Part shown: in pieces, positions 22,890 to 35,571 of the stretch
How the letters are laid out: every line of letters begins with the position of its first letter
How positions within the stretch are numbered: the first letter of the stretch is position 1
Assembly: GCA_030390025.1 (NCBI GenBank)
Contig: CM059432.1
Span: 122,080,001 to 122,144,000, forward strand
Direction: 5' to 3'
DNA length: 64,000 bases
From: Squalus acanthias
Lineage: Eukaryota
Made by a program: the position numbers and the translations under genes
Notes under the pieces: model-generated
What the model was told of the DNA's origin: nothing
The model's database searches: none
What the model saw: the letters and a program-made list of their open reading frames with translations, nothing else

Positions 22890-23856
22890 AATTGGCTAAG
22901 TGACAGGAAACAGAGAGTAGTGGTGAACGGTTGTTTTTCAGGCTGGAAGAAGGTATACAGTGGTGTTCCCCAGGGGTCGGTACTAGGACCACTGCTTTTC
23001 TTGATATGTATTAATGACTTGGACTTGGGTGTATCAGGCACAATTTCAAAATTTGCAGATGACACAAAACTTGGAAGTATAGTGAACAGTAAGGAGGACA
23101 GTGATAGACTTCAAGAGGACATAGACAGGCTGGTGGAATGGGCTGACGTGACAGCTGAAATTTAATGCAGCAAAGTGCGAAGTGATACATTTTGTAGGGA
23201 GAATAAGGAGAGACAATATGAACTAAAGGGTACAATTCTAAAGGGGGGCATGACCAGAGAGACCTACGGGTATATGTGCACAAATCGTTGAAGGTTGAGA
23301 AAGCTGTTAAAAAAGCTTACGGGCATAGGGCTCAAATTTCATTGGGCCGTTGAGGCGGGATGGGAGGCGTGTGGGTGGTTAAAATTGCAAAAACTGGCGG
23401 GCGGGCCCAACCCCGCCTCCATCCCGCCTCCACGCAATTTTCATTGAATCGTGTCTACTGGTCCCATCTCCGTCCCACCTCCAAAAGGCGGGATAGGCCG
23501 TTAAGGCCCTTAACAAGCACTAAATTGCCTCTATAATGCCATTTTGATAGGCCGTTGCGATTTTAACCCTTTTCCCACGTGAAGCACGCCTGTTCTGAAA
23601 CACGACGGTGAAACCTGGTGGTAGCACAATTGGATTGCTGACTATCAGCTGCATCTCAACCATTAAATAGGAGATTGATCAGCTATCATTTGCAGGTGGC
23701 AAGATTTTATTGTCTCAGGTCTGGGGGAACTTTTAGAAGGCATAACCACAGCTGTGGAAGTTTGGAGCCTGACACCCATCTCCAGTGTGACCTCCTGGGA
23801 AACCCCTCTCACCACCTTGACTGAGCGCTTCCTCAACTAAGGCATATACCAGAAGC

Positions 23857-25130
23857 ATGGGAGCCATTTATTTCCTTCCCTTCCGGACATCAGATGAGGA
23901 TGAAGACCAGCCGCAGCACCAGCAGAACCATGAACAACAGCAGCACCAACAGCAGCAGCACCAACAGCAGCAGCAACAACAGGAGCGCCAAGCTGCTGCT
24001 CACCCACCTGAAGCTGCACAGGCCAGAAGGGGCCAGCGTATGGAAGCCCGTCGGCGCAGGAGATACCCCCCAAACAGGGTCTACAGACACAGGGTCAGCT
24101 ACCTCAACATGTCTGAGCAGCAGTGCCAAAGGCGGCTCCGACTTTCGCGAGAGGTAGTGGGTGACATCTGCGCAATGCTGCAACAAGACCTGGAGCCCAA
24201 AGGACCAGGTGGACAGCCCTTAGCAGTGGCCGTCAAAGTCACCACCGCACTCAACTTTTTTGCCTCAGGCTCATTCCAGGGATCAGCAGCAGACATCAGC
24301 GGCATCTCCCAGGCGGCTGCACACACTTGCATCACGCAGGTAACCAATGCCCTCATTTTTCCATCACGCACTCTCACATCCATTTCACCAAGGATCAAGC
24401 AAGTGTCACGGCGCGTGCGGTTGGATTAGCTAATCTGGCAGGCTTTCCAAGGGTGCAGGGCATTGTTGACTGCACACATGTGGCCCTTAAGGCACCCCAT
24501 CGCAATCCAGGTATTTTTGTCAACCGCAAGGGCTTCCACTCCCTTAACGTTCAGCTGGTGTGTGACCACAAGAAGGAAATTTTGCATGTTTGTGCCAAGT
24601 ACCCTGGCAGTTGACATAACTCCTTCATACTGCGCCAGTCTAGTGTGCCTCCGCTATTCAGTCTGCCAGACCAACTTCACGGATGGCTACTTGGAGACAA
24701 GGGCTATCCCCTGAAGATGTGGCTAATGACACCGTTGAGGAGCCCATCCAAAGATGCTGAGGAGAGCTACAACCCCAGCCACATGTCCACCAGAGCCATA
24801 ATCGAGCAAACCATCAGTTTGCTGAAGATGCGCTTCAGATGCCTGGATAGATCAGGTGGAGCCCTGCAGTACTCAGCAGCCAGGGTCTCCAGAATCATCG
24901 TGGTTTGCTGTGCACTTCACAACATGGCACAGCGTCGTGGCTTGCAGATTCCTGAGGACCAAGTGGCTCCTCACATAGCCTCCTCAGGTGAGGAGGAGGA
25001 GGAGGAGGAGGAGGAGGAGGAGAGCGAAAACAAACATATTGCAGAGGCCCATCAACCAGCGGCAGCAGTACGCGAGAACATTGCTGCCCGGGATGCAAGG
25101 AACGCACTCATCTTGGCCAGATTTGCTTAG
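23857..25130 (+). pseudogene. Harbinger DDE transposase of H2
   Basis: VDCTH, GDKGY, IIEQT catalytic motifs; N-terminal polyQ and C-terminal polyE; frameshift near 24360 and TGA at 24612-24614. Confidence 0.9.
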
Positions 25131-25379
25131 CACAACCAATCAAGCACTTTTGCCTCGCAGCTTCTTACCTGAGCATTGACAATGGCCAAGAACCAGCGGA
25201 TTCCTAGCAATTTGAACACCATACTGACAATTGCAAGTAATCCTAAGCCCTCAATGTGTAAGTCCCATTCGCAAAATGACACACGCCACAACTACAGCAG
25301 TAGCCATTAGATTTTTTATTTACAGTAATCATCTGATGGCTTTTTAACATCAAAATTCACCCAAGTGACTACCCTTGTG

Positions 25380-27368
25380 ACTATTTGTGCACTATCTTTC
25401 TCTTACGCGTGCTCCTACGTGGTGCTTCCCCTGCGGCTTCAGCAGATGTGGAGGCCCCTTGCTCACTTTCTTGCTGCTTCTGTCTCGACACCTTTGGCGG
25501 GTGTCCTCTCGGGATGTGAACCTGTGAGGGCTCGCCAACAGTCTGCTGCTCCTACGGCTGTGCAGGGGTTGAGACGCCGATCTCAGTTGGGTGCGGACTC
25601 TGGTGGAGCTTTGACCAAGGACTTGTCAGTGGCATGGAAGTGTGAGCGCTTGGAGAAGAGCCCCCACCTTGTTCCTTGTTCTCTGCAAACAACATCCCTC
25701 TCATGGGTCAGGTCCACCTCAGCGCTTGCAAGTGGATTGAGAGCACCTTGCTGCACATCAGGGGGGCCATGGGGACCCGTTTCTGCACTGGAAGCCCTAC
25801 TCAGAAGGACTTCCATGAAGGTCTGGTTTCTGTGTTCAATAGATGACCATCGCTCCTCCAGAGATGTCATTCTATTCTGAACACTCACCATGTTTTCTGC
25901 ACTCCGGTGACTTATCTCCTCCATGGCCGCAGCCATCCTCTCGTCTACTGTAGCCATCCTTTCGACGGAGGTTGCCATCATTTGCATGCAGGTTGCCATC
26001 CTTTCCGTGGTGATGCGTTCATGCGCCAATGACTCCACAAAGGCTCTGCTCATGTTCGCAATGGACTCCTCCATTCGCTCCACACTCGCAGCGACCCTGG
26101 AGAAAAAACCTGCCAGAGACTCCTGCATCTGTTCCTGGAGTTCCAGCACCGCTGATCTTATGGATGGACCCAGAGGCAGAGGGTCGACATGCAGCTGAGC
26201 CGAGCTGAGAGAGTCCTGCGCCCTCCGACTAGGACTCTCCACTGCTGTCCCTGTCTCCACTATCTGCTGATGCTCACTTGTGAGCTGTGATACACCAGGT
26301 GACAACACTACTCTATCTCGTGATGTTCCCTCCGAGGTGTGAGTGTCTGCGCTGGTGCTGGGTGCACTGAATTCTGCTGACGCTGCGCCCTCAGAGGATG
26401 CAGCTTCCTCTGAGGAGTCTTGAGGCTTATGCTCTTCCTCCTGGATAGTGGGGACGGGGGCTTTCGATGGTCCTGGGGGGGAGTAAAGGAAAGAGTCAGA
26501 GATGTGAGGCCAAGGTTACATGCACATTGCATATTGCAGATGATCATAAATCCATCTGTTAGAGCTTCAGAATCATTATCAGCGACTCATGCAATGTCAT
26601 TGAGAGAGATGGAAAACTATTCTGTCACCAGCTTGCTGTGATGCGCCCGTCTGTCCGTCCCCCACTTGGGAATCTTCCTCCACTCCCATCACCTCCAGGA
26701 CCGCCTCCTCCCAGGTGGTGAGCTGGGCTACTGAGGGTGGCCCTCCTCCTGTCCTCACTCTTTCCCTCTTATTGTGAGCTCTCTTTTCCTGCAATGAGTG
26801 AGACAAGTGGAGTTTGAGTGAGAATGAAGGAGTGAGTGTAGAGAATCCATAGCATAGATGCTTAGAAGGAGACAAAGATGGAGTGAGGTGGCAAGACCAA
26901 GGGCCCTCCCTGTGTGTTGTAAGTTGTAATTGCATCACAGTGATAGGGAGTGTGAGGGCTGCATAGTCAAATAGTTCGGTGAATGTGACCATAGAGAGAG
27001 AGGGAATGGGTAAGGGTGCATGGATGTCAGTGTCAATTGGGATGTGGAGGAAGAGATTGCTAAAGCTGAGTGCTGGTGAGGAGAGGCAATGGGGATCAGA
27101 TTGAGGGTGATGGGAAATTCATACTCACTTTTCCAGTGCGCAGAAAGTCATGAAGCCTCTTTCTGCACTGAAGCCAGGTTCTGCGGGTTATTGACAAAGA
27201 GTTGACCTCCTCTGCCACCTGGATACACACAGCCTTGGTTTGTTGGGGAGGCTTCTTCCTCCCTGAAGAAGGGAAGAGCACCTCTCTGTTTGCTCTTGCT
27301 CCCTCTACTAAAGCCTGCAGGGCAACGTCATCAAAGCGAGGTGCAGACCTCGGTCTCTGGCTGGCCAT
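25380..27368 (-). pseudogene. Harbinger Myb/SANT gene of H2 (exons ~27368-27129, 26788-26629, 26472-~25380)
   Basis: APRFDD..L..LVE, RTWLQCRKRLHD; GT-AG junctions at the same positions as in H7. Confidence 0.85.
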
Positions 27369-28966
27369 TCTTCCTGCAGTTGCCTCTAACATGCAAGGGC
27401 AAAAGCTTGGCAGTCTGCAGAAGAAGCAAGGCTTGTTGCATACCTTAAATGCTGCAGCAATGATGACATCATCGGAGGCGACTTTCAGACTGGAAAAACT
27501 CACTGGCCATGGGTTCCCACACGTTGGAACTCAATTGGCCAATTAGGTTAAAATGGCATCATTCTCCCACATCGATTTAGAAACGGGTGGCTAACACGAA
27601 ATGCGGATTACACGACCTAGCCCGCCCCAGTATCAAAATCCAGCCCATAGAGTACAAATGCAAGGAAGTTATGATGAACATTTGTAAAACACTGGTTCGG
27701 CTTCAACTGGAGTATTGTGTCCAATTCTGGGCGCCGCACTTTAGGAAGGATGTGAAGGCCTTCGGGAGGGTGCAGAAAAGATTTATGAGAATGGTTCCAG
27801 GGATGAGGGACTTCAGTTACGTGGATAGACTGGAGAAGCTGGGGTTGTTTTCCTCAGAGCAGAGAACGTTGAGAGGAGATTTGATAGAGGTCTTCAAAAT
27901 TATGAGGGGTCTGACAGAGTAGATAGAGAGAAACTGTTCCCTTTGGCGGAAGGGTCGAGAACCAGAGGACACAGATTTAAGGTGATTGGCAAAAGAACCA
28001 AAGGCGACATGAAGAAAAACTTTTTCATGCAGCGAGTGGTTAGGATCAGGAGTGCACTGCCTGAAAGGGTGGTGGAGGCAGACACAATCATGGCTTTCAA
28101 AAGGGAATTGGATAAGTACCTGAAGGAAAAAAATTTGCAGGGCTACGGGGAAAGGGCGGGGGTGGGGGGTGGGACTAGCTGAAGTGCTCTTGCAGAGAGC
28201 CGGCACTGGCTTGGCGAGCCGAATGACCTCCTTCTGTGCTGTAACCATTCTCTGATTCTATGATTCTATACTCCATTCCTTTTGTAATAAAGGCTAATAT
28301 ACTATTTGCTTTCCTAATTGCTTACTGTACCTGCATGTTTACTTTCAGTGATTCATGTACAAGGACACCCAGGTCCCTCTAAACACCAACATTTCCCAAT
28401 CTCTCACCATTTATAAAATATTCTGCCATCTATTTTTCCTATCAAAGTGGATAACTTCACATTTCTTCACATTATATTCCATCTGCCATGTTCTTGCCCA
28501 CTCACTTAGTCTATCTATATCCCTTTGCAGCCTCTTTGCATCCTCCTCACAGCTTACTTTCCCACCTAGCTTTATATCATCAGCAAACTTGGATACATTA
28601 CACTCCGTCCCCTCATCTAAGTCATTGATACCAATTGTAAATCGCTGAGGCCCAAGCACTGATCCAAATCAAATTACCCCCAATCCCATGAGCCCTAATT
28701 TTATGTAATAACCTCTAGTGTGGCACCTTATCGAGTTTCACTGCAGTCATGGGTGGTCTGGTCAGGCTGCCATTGGGGCTGGGGGACAAGGGGGGGGCAG
28801 CCAAGAAAATAGGAGAGAGCAGAAGCAGCTGTGATAGAGGAGCATGTGGGCACTTTGCAGAGGCCATACCCACAGTGGGTCTTCAGGGAGCACCTCTCCT
28901 ACCTCAACTTCACTGAGCAGCAATGTCTCAGGCACTTTCACTTCACAAAGGAGGCTGTCATAGAGT

Positions 28967-29822
28967 GGGCTGGATTTTCAATGGCCCGTGGAGTCGGGTT
29001 TGGAGGTGGGGGGGGGTGGGGGGCGGGGGTTAAAGTTGCAGATTCGGGGGTCCCGACCCCATCCCGACTCCAACCCGCCTCCATGCCAGTTTCGCTGGAG
29101 GCGGGTACCTGACCTGTTCTGAGACCCGACTCCCTGAGGCGGGAAGGGATTAGTGACAATTAACTGCCTGTTAACAGGTAGTTAACAGGCAGTTTTTTGC
29201 ATAATCCCTATTTTAAAAAGAAAAGTGTGGGCTTCCCGACAGGTGGCAACCATGCCAAGTTATCAGGGCGGGCCGTGGGTCTGCAGGGGTTGGAGGGGTC
29301 GATATGTCCGGTGGGCAGGTGAGTGATGGGTGCATGTGTGCAGAGTTAAGTGTGTAAGGTAAGTGCTAAGTGTTGGAAAAAGTTTTACTTACCTTAACTT
29401 CCTCCTGCAGGTGTCAGCCCTTCAGTTCTCGGGAGTTAGAAATCTCATCGGCACAGAAAGCAGGAAAGCCGTGGTTCTGTCAAAACCTGCAGCCTTCTGT
29501 TTTCTGTGCTGGAATGATTTCTAACTCAGCCTGAAAGGAAGGACTGAAGTTAGAAATCATATTGTGAGTGTTTGACAGCTTCACAGAGTTGTCAAACGTT
29601 GATATTTCATCTGTCAAAAGCTCTTGACAGATGAAATGTCAGTGTGTGACATCACCTGTTGCCGGGTGGCCCTTAATTGGCCTGTTGAGCCCACTGGGCG
29701 GGCTCAACAAGGTCAATCAAGGGGAAATACAGTGGGTTGGCAACATCTCGATGGAGGCGGGTTCACAAGCCAGAATGTGTGATTCCCGACCCCAACCCGA
29801 CTCCAACTTCAAAATCCAGCCC
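28967..29822. mobile_element. Harbinger MITE with H2-type termini
   Basis: Perfect 12-bp TIR GGGCTGGATTTT / AAAATCCAGCCC, identical to the H2 right terminus. Confidence 0.8.
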
Positions 29823-29824
29823 TA

Positions 29825-29998
29825 GTCATAACGGCACAGAAGGAGGCCATTTGGCCCATCAAGCCCATGCCGGCTCTCTGCAGAGCAATCCAGTCAGTCC
29901 CATTCCCCCGCTCTATCCCCATAGGCCTGCAAGTTTATTTCCCTCAAGTGCCTATCCAGTCTCCCCTTGAAAACATTGAATGTCTCCGCTTCCACCAC
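29825..29998 (-). mobile_element. CR1 3' end fragment
   Basis: Reverse complement resembles the 3' UTR of CR1 'b' (28090-28245). Confidence 0.75.
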
Positions 29999-32158
29999 TT
30001 CAGAGTGAAGTAGGATGAAAGAGCATTAGGCTTTGCCTGCATTCCCCAGGGTGTGAGGTGCCATTGACAATTCAATTCCATCAGTGTCTAATCGTTAACA
30101 GAAATAGTTAAGACTCACCTTTGTGCTGCCCCTTAGTGCCTGTCTTCCGTGCTGTTTACTTATAACAGTGCTCCTATGAAATGTTTCCCCAGTGGTTACA
30201 GCTTGGGAGGTGGAAGGCTGCTGACCTTCCATTGAGGCAACGTCAAATGGCCGTGGTGGGCAACCTTGAGCAGCTCTGGGCCTTGAGGGCCCGGCTGCAG
30301 ACTGCAGCATCTCGGTGTGGGTTGGGGTACTCTGGCCCAGCTGACTGTGTGGCACTAATAAGGGCACTGGTAGAGTATGTGGTGGGGGAGAAGGCATGCT
30401 GTTACCCTGAGAGAGGACAGCAGGTGTCTCTCATATTGTCCTGGGACTGAGCCTCAGCACACTCCTATGGCTCTGCATGAGAACAGAGTGCAGGCATGAT
30501 GTGACGCTCTGAAAGCCCTTTTCAACATTGGCCCCGGATAGTAGCTGTCTGAGCTTCCATGGCAGCAGTGTGAGCATTCAGGAGAGGCTCCATCATGGTG
30601 GGCACCACTGTCGTATTCATAGAGGTGACCGCATGCTCCAAGTTCTCCATGCTTTGCACAAAGCCCCAAGACAAGTTGAAGGTGGACCCCTCCATGCTCT
30701 GAGCCATTGTGCTGGCTTCCCAATACACCTAACATTTCCTGGCGTATGCCCATCAGACTTCTCTGGTAGCCTGGGCCCTCGAAGTGAACATCTCAGTCCT
30801 CTGCAGTACAGCTAGTGTGTCATCTCGCGAGCTGGCACCTGTGACATCCTATCCACCTGCCCTAGCTCCTGCACACTTGGGCCCAGTGATTCACCATGTG
30901 AGAACTCATCTAGCCTAGCCTCTGAAGTGCATGTAGTGCCACTCTCTGAGGTGGTGCTTGCTATAGTCAGATCGAGTGATGCTGCATCTTCAGGAAGGCT
31001 GGCATCCTCTTCCTGACGTGGCAGACGTGTCTCCACATCTTCAGCACCTGAAATGAAAGAGAGGGACAAGGGTGAGATTTTAGTGTGAAGGGAGAGCAGA
31101 GAGAGAAGTGGCTGGTGAAAGCAACTGCAGTTGATCATGCAGGGTGTGTAGGGTGAGATAGAAGTAAGAAGGGAAAAAGAGGATAAGGTATGAAGAAACC
31201 CTGTGTGACATCTCCTCCAGTGTTGCCACTCATCACGGCCATAACTCTCCCCCAGCCCGTGATGGCCAGCGTGCTTTCTCCCATTGGGTGCTGGATGTAA
31301 AGGCGAGGTCAATCTCCTGCCCCAAGTTGTGCGCGACCTTCTCCTAGATGAAAGAAGGGAGTGCGTCAGTGACATCCTTGTGAGGTTTCGAGAATGTATC
31401 TGTCATGGTGAAATAGTGTGCAGTGTGTAAGATGTCAGCGTTACAGTCGTGTTGTGTGAATACGAGGAGAAGGAGACAGAGTGAAGTGTGGTGCAGTGAT
31501 TGTAGGAGAGTGAAGGGAAGCAGGGGAGGGGAGTATTGTGAGTAGCAAGGCTGGAGTTGGTGGAAGTGTGAGCAGAGAGTAAAGAGCAGTATTTTTACCT
31601 TGCCAACTCTTTCCACTGGCGGCAGAACTGTTGCGAAATTACGAAGTCAATTATTTTCAAGCTTGAAGCTGCGATCCATCTCAAAGTGCCAAAAAATTTG
31701 CTTAGAACTAGCTTCTTCACCACTAAGCACCACAAAAATTTGGTAAAATTAAGAGAAAAATAAACAATTTATGATAAGCACAGTAAAAGTACCAAATCAT
31801 TGCAGCTATGGAGCGTTTAAAAGCACCAGAATACTTCTAAATCAAGACAAAGTCCTCCCGGCAGGTTTGGAAACATTGTAAAGAACTCTCGTTATACGTA
31901 CAGAACTTGAAATGCCTGATCAAGATAAGGTAATTAACGTTAAACTGTTTTTGTACTTAACAAGTACTTAAGGCAGAGAGTAATAGAGTACTGAACAGTT
32001 TGCTACAGCTACAACACATCTTCACATTAATGCAAGCACTTGACGAGCGTTGTAACACGAAGAAAAACAGGGCAGTTCAACAGTACAGATTTTTTTACCT
32101 GCAACAAAAGGGTAAGTAGAGCGACATTTATCACTGGCCTGTTGATGTGAACACCTAC

Positions 32159-32296
32159 CTGCAATTTCAGAGAATTGCACGTATGTTTGATCAGAGATTG
32201 GATCATATCTGCAATCAGAGACTGGCACTTGAGGGAGAGGCTTCCCAGTAAAACCGATTTACAGTCAGCAAAATGTCTGCAGGTTTGCAGGGCTTC
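32159..32296 (-). CDS. Candidate exon E of the dynein-heavy-chain/DNHD1-like gene
   Basis: 138 nt, phase 0-0, attattcAG|...CAG|GTaggt; EALQTCRHFADCKSVLLGSLSLKCQSLIADMIQSLIKHTCNSLKLQ. Confidence 0.6.
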
Positions 32297-32483
32297 CTGA
32301 ATAATGCATTAAAGCCGTAGAGAACACAGTGACAGTCTGCATTCTAAAGCAAAATGTGAGACCACAGCCTGGCAAGCTGAGAACGTCTTAAGAATATGGG
32401 TGCGGTAGTGTAATGGTGAAATAAAAACAGAAAATGCTGGAGATACTCAGCAGGTCAGGCAGCATCTGTGAAGAGAGAAACAG

Positions 32484-32520
32484 AGTTAACGTTTCAGGTC
32501 GATGACCTTTCGTCAGAACT
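32484..32520 (-). ncRNA. Minimal hammerhead ribozyme motif (family A), intact
   Basis: AGTT-CTGACGA-A-AGGTC-ATC-GACCT-GAAA-CGTT-AACT. Confidence 0.85.
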
Positions 32521-33352
32521 GGAAATAAGCAGGAAATGGAACAGATTTTTAAGCACGTGTAGGGGCTGAGAAATGGGGGAGGGGATGAAAGAACAAAAGG
32601 GAAGGTCTGTGATAGGATAGAAGGCAGGAGAAGTTAAGAGACATTAAGAGATATTCAAGGCAAAAGGAGATGGTAATGGGACAGGTTAAGAAACAAAGGA
32701 TGACTCTAGATGAAGTGTGAATTGCGCTGGCAGAATGAAAGACAGCTGCCATGTGGGAGAGAAGAACAGAAGGCACAAAAAAAAGGTGTGGATAAAAAAT
32801 ATATATATGATAGGGGCCGAGGTTATGAACTGAAATTGTTGAACTCTATGTTGAGTCCAGAAGGCTGTAAAGTGCCTAATCGAAAGATGAGGTGCTGTTG
32901 CTCAAGCTTACGTTAAGCTTCCATGGAACAATGCAAGAGGCCGAGGACGGTGAGGTCAGAGTGGGAGTGAAGCGGTGAATTAAAGTGACAGGCCACCGGG
33001 AGCTCGGGGTCCCCCTTACAGACTGAACGGAGGTGTTCCGCAAAGTGGTCACCCAATCTGTGTTTGGTCTCCCCAATGTAGAGGAGACCACATCGTGAGC
33101 AACGAATACAGTATACTAAATTGCAAGAAGTACAAGTAAATCGCTGTTTCACCTGGAAGGGGTGTTTGGGGCCCTGGACAGTGGGAAGGGGGGAGGTATA
33201 AGGGCATGTGTTGCATCTCCTGCGCTTGCACGGGAAGGTGCCGGGGGAAGGGGTGTTGGGGGTGATAGAGGAGTGGGCTAGGGTGTCGCGGAGGGAGCGG
33301 TCCCTACGGAATGCTGAAAGGGGAGGTGAGGGGAAGATCCGTTTGGTGCTGG

Positions 33353-34123
33353 TGTAGGATAGGGTGTATTTGTATGATTTAGTAAAACATTTTTGTATAA
33401 CTATAATATGTGAAATTGTATGTTAAAAGCCTAAAAGGCTGTATAAAATGGCGAATGGTTGAGAGAAAAGCAGGATGGGAAATTATGCCAACCTGACTGA
33501 AACTCGCTCTGTTTTCAATTACTGAAGTGATGGAATGTAATGCTAAGTTTATGGAGACCATCAGGAACGTGGTATTCAGTAATGTGATTAGAAAAGAGAT
33601 GAGTTGGAGAAGAGAGAGAGAAATTCAAGGCACCCCTCAGTGATAACACTATAAAATGGACAGATTGTTTAGACAACATCTTGGGAAATGGTCTTTGGAA
33701 AGAGAATATCTAAAGATAAAAGGCACTTTGATATGCACAAAGCGAGTCCGAGTGGGATCGACAAGGTCATAAAACATGTACTAAGTGTCAGATAGCTGTT
33801 TGCAGTCACATAGGCAAAGGAAGGGACAGTGTATAAAGATACGGATATTGAACACTGAAGGCAGCGTGAACCGAGAATCAGAGTTGAAGGAACTTCAGTC
33901 AAGAGAAAGCAGCAAGAGGATAAAGAGACCGCGCCACAGTCGCTCGGAAGGAATGCCGAGGCTCAAACGAACAAGACTGTGACTATCTCCTTGTTAAGTA
34001 TTACTTCTTTATACTGGATGTTTAATGCTTAATAAACATGTTTTACTTATACACAATATACCTGTACCCAGAGTGGTTTGTGTAGTCACGGACAAATTAT
34101 TATAAGAGCTTTTGGAAGCTACA
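33353..34123 (+). mobile_element. Solo LTR (Gypsy- or ERV-type), 771 bp
   Basis: TGTAG...CTACA termini; 4-bp TSD CTGG/GTGG (1 mismatch); AATAAA at 34031; PLE sequence is contiguous across it. Confidence 0.8.
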
Positions 34124-35571
34124 GTGGGATCACGCTGGAGGTGGCGGAAATAGCAGAGGATGATCCGTTGAATGTGGAGGCTGGTGGGGTGAAAGGTGAG
34201 GACAAGGGGAACCCTATCGTGGTTCCGGGAGGGAGGGGCAGGGGTGAGGGCAGAAGTGCGGGAGATAGAACGGACACGGTCAAGGGCCGTGTCAACCACT
34301 GTAGAGGGGAATCCTCGGTTGAGGAAAAAGGAAGACATGTCGGAAGCACTATTATGGAAGGTGGCATCGTCAGAGCAGATGCGGCAGAGACGGAGAAACT
34401 GGGAGAATGGAATAGAGTCCTTACAGGAGGCGGGGTGGGAGGAAGTGTAGTCCAGGTAGCTGTGGGAGTCAGTGGGCTTGTAGTGAATGTTTGTCAATAA
34501 CCTATCCCCAGAGATGGAGACGGAGAAGTCGAGGAAGGGGAGGGAAGAGTCGGAGATGGACCATGTGAAGGTGAGGGAAGGGTGGAAATTGGAAGCAAAG
34601 TGAATGAAATTATCTAGTTCAGGGCAAGAGCAGGAAACGGCACCGATACAGTCATCAATGAACCAGAAAAAGAGGTGAGGGAGGGGACCTGAGTAGGACT
34701 GGAACAAAGAGTGTTCCACATATCCCACGAAAAGGCAGGCATAGCTAAGACCCATTTGGGTTCCCATAGCAACATCTTTGATTTGGAGGAAGTGAGTGGA
34801 GTCAAAGGAGAAGTTGTTCAATGTGAGAACAAGTTCAGCCAGGCAGAGGAGGGTGCTGGTGGACGGGGACTGGTTGGGCCTCTGTTCAAGGAAGAAGCGG
34901 ATCACTCTCAGGCCATCCTGGTGGGGGATGGAGGTGTAGAGGGATTGTACGTCCATCGTGAAAAGGAGGCGGTTGGGCCAGGAAACTGGAAACTGTTAAA
35001 GTGGCGGAGGGCGTCAGAAGAGTCGCGGATGTAGGTGGGAGAGACTGGACAAGGGGAGTAAAAAATAGAGTCGAATAGGAAGAGATAAGTTCCGTGGTCA
35101 AGAACAGGCTGAAACGATGGGTCTACCAAGGCAGTCCTGTTTGTGGATCTTGGGAAGGAGGTAGAAGCAGGCTGTGCGGGGTTGGGGAACTATGAGGTTG
35201 GCGGCCATGGGGGGAAGATCTCCAGAGGAGATGAGGTCAGTGATAGTCTTGGAAACGGTGGCTTGATGTTCGGTAGTGGGGTCATGGTCCAGGCGGAGGT
35301 AGGAGGAGGTGTTGGAGAGTTGGCGTTCAGCTTCCGCTAGGTAGAGGTAGGTTCGCCAAACAACAATAGCACCACCCTTGTCAGCAGGTTTAATGACAAT
35401 GTCGGGGTTGGATCTGAGAGAATGGAATGCTGCAAGTTCAGAGGGAGGTAGGTTGGAGTGAGTGAGGGGAGCAGAGAAATGGAGACGGCCGATGTCACGC
35501 CGGCAGTTTGCAATGAAAAGATCTAGAGAGGGTAAGAGGCCAGAGGGAGAGGTCCAGGTATAATGAGAATT

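Larger units (their letters stand above)
23328..27646. mobile_element. PIF/Harbinger transposon H2, full-length
   Basis: TIRs GGGCTCAAATTTCAT / ATCAAAATCCAGCCC; 3-bp TSD ATA (23325-23327, 27647-27649); CR1 RT resumes immediately after. Confidence 0.92.
18801..28268 (+). mobile_element. Near-full-length CR1 LINE 'b' (5' UTR, ORF1 esterase, ORF2 APE-RT, tail) carrying three insertions
   Basis: GC-rich 5' UTR; ORF1 SGNH motifs; APE (YDVVAITETW, GGGVAVLV, GDF.YPNIDW); RT (YMDFQK, GVPQGSVLGP, KFADD); ATTCTATG tail. Confidence 0.9.
18193..28733 (-). mobile_element. CR1 LINE 'a' split into two pieces (18193-18798 and 28269-28733)
   Basis: The two halves rejoin as in the intact copy at 10120-10165 (GACTTC..TA..CTTATA|CTCCA...GTAATAAAGGC). 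Confidence 0.8.
17757..31620. mobile_element. Old Harbinger H3 split by nested insertions (pieces 17757-18192, 28736-28966, 30001-31620)
   Basis: 18010-18120 resembles the transposase upstream region of H1; 28749-28960 encodes RPYPQWVFREHLSYLNFTEQQCLRHFHF; Myb-gene remnants on - at 30095-31620. Confidence 0.65.
32418..35560 (-). mobile_element. Penelope-like element PLE2, split by a solo LTR
   Basis: RT ORF 34009-34956 (MDVQSLYTSIPH, FIDD); GIY-YIG ORF 32913-33152; terminal repeat with hammerhead. Confidence 0.9.

Noticed and set aside
23857..25130. Domesticated host HARBI1 gene
   Set aside because: It lies within TIRs and a TSD, is multi-copy in the window, and has a frameshift and a stop
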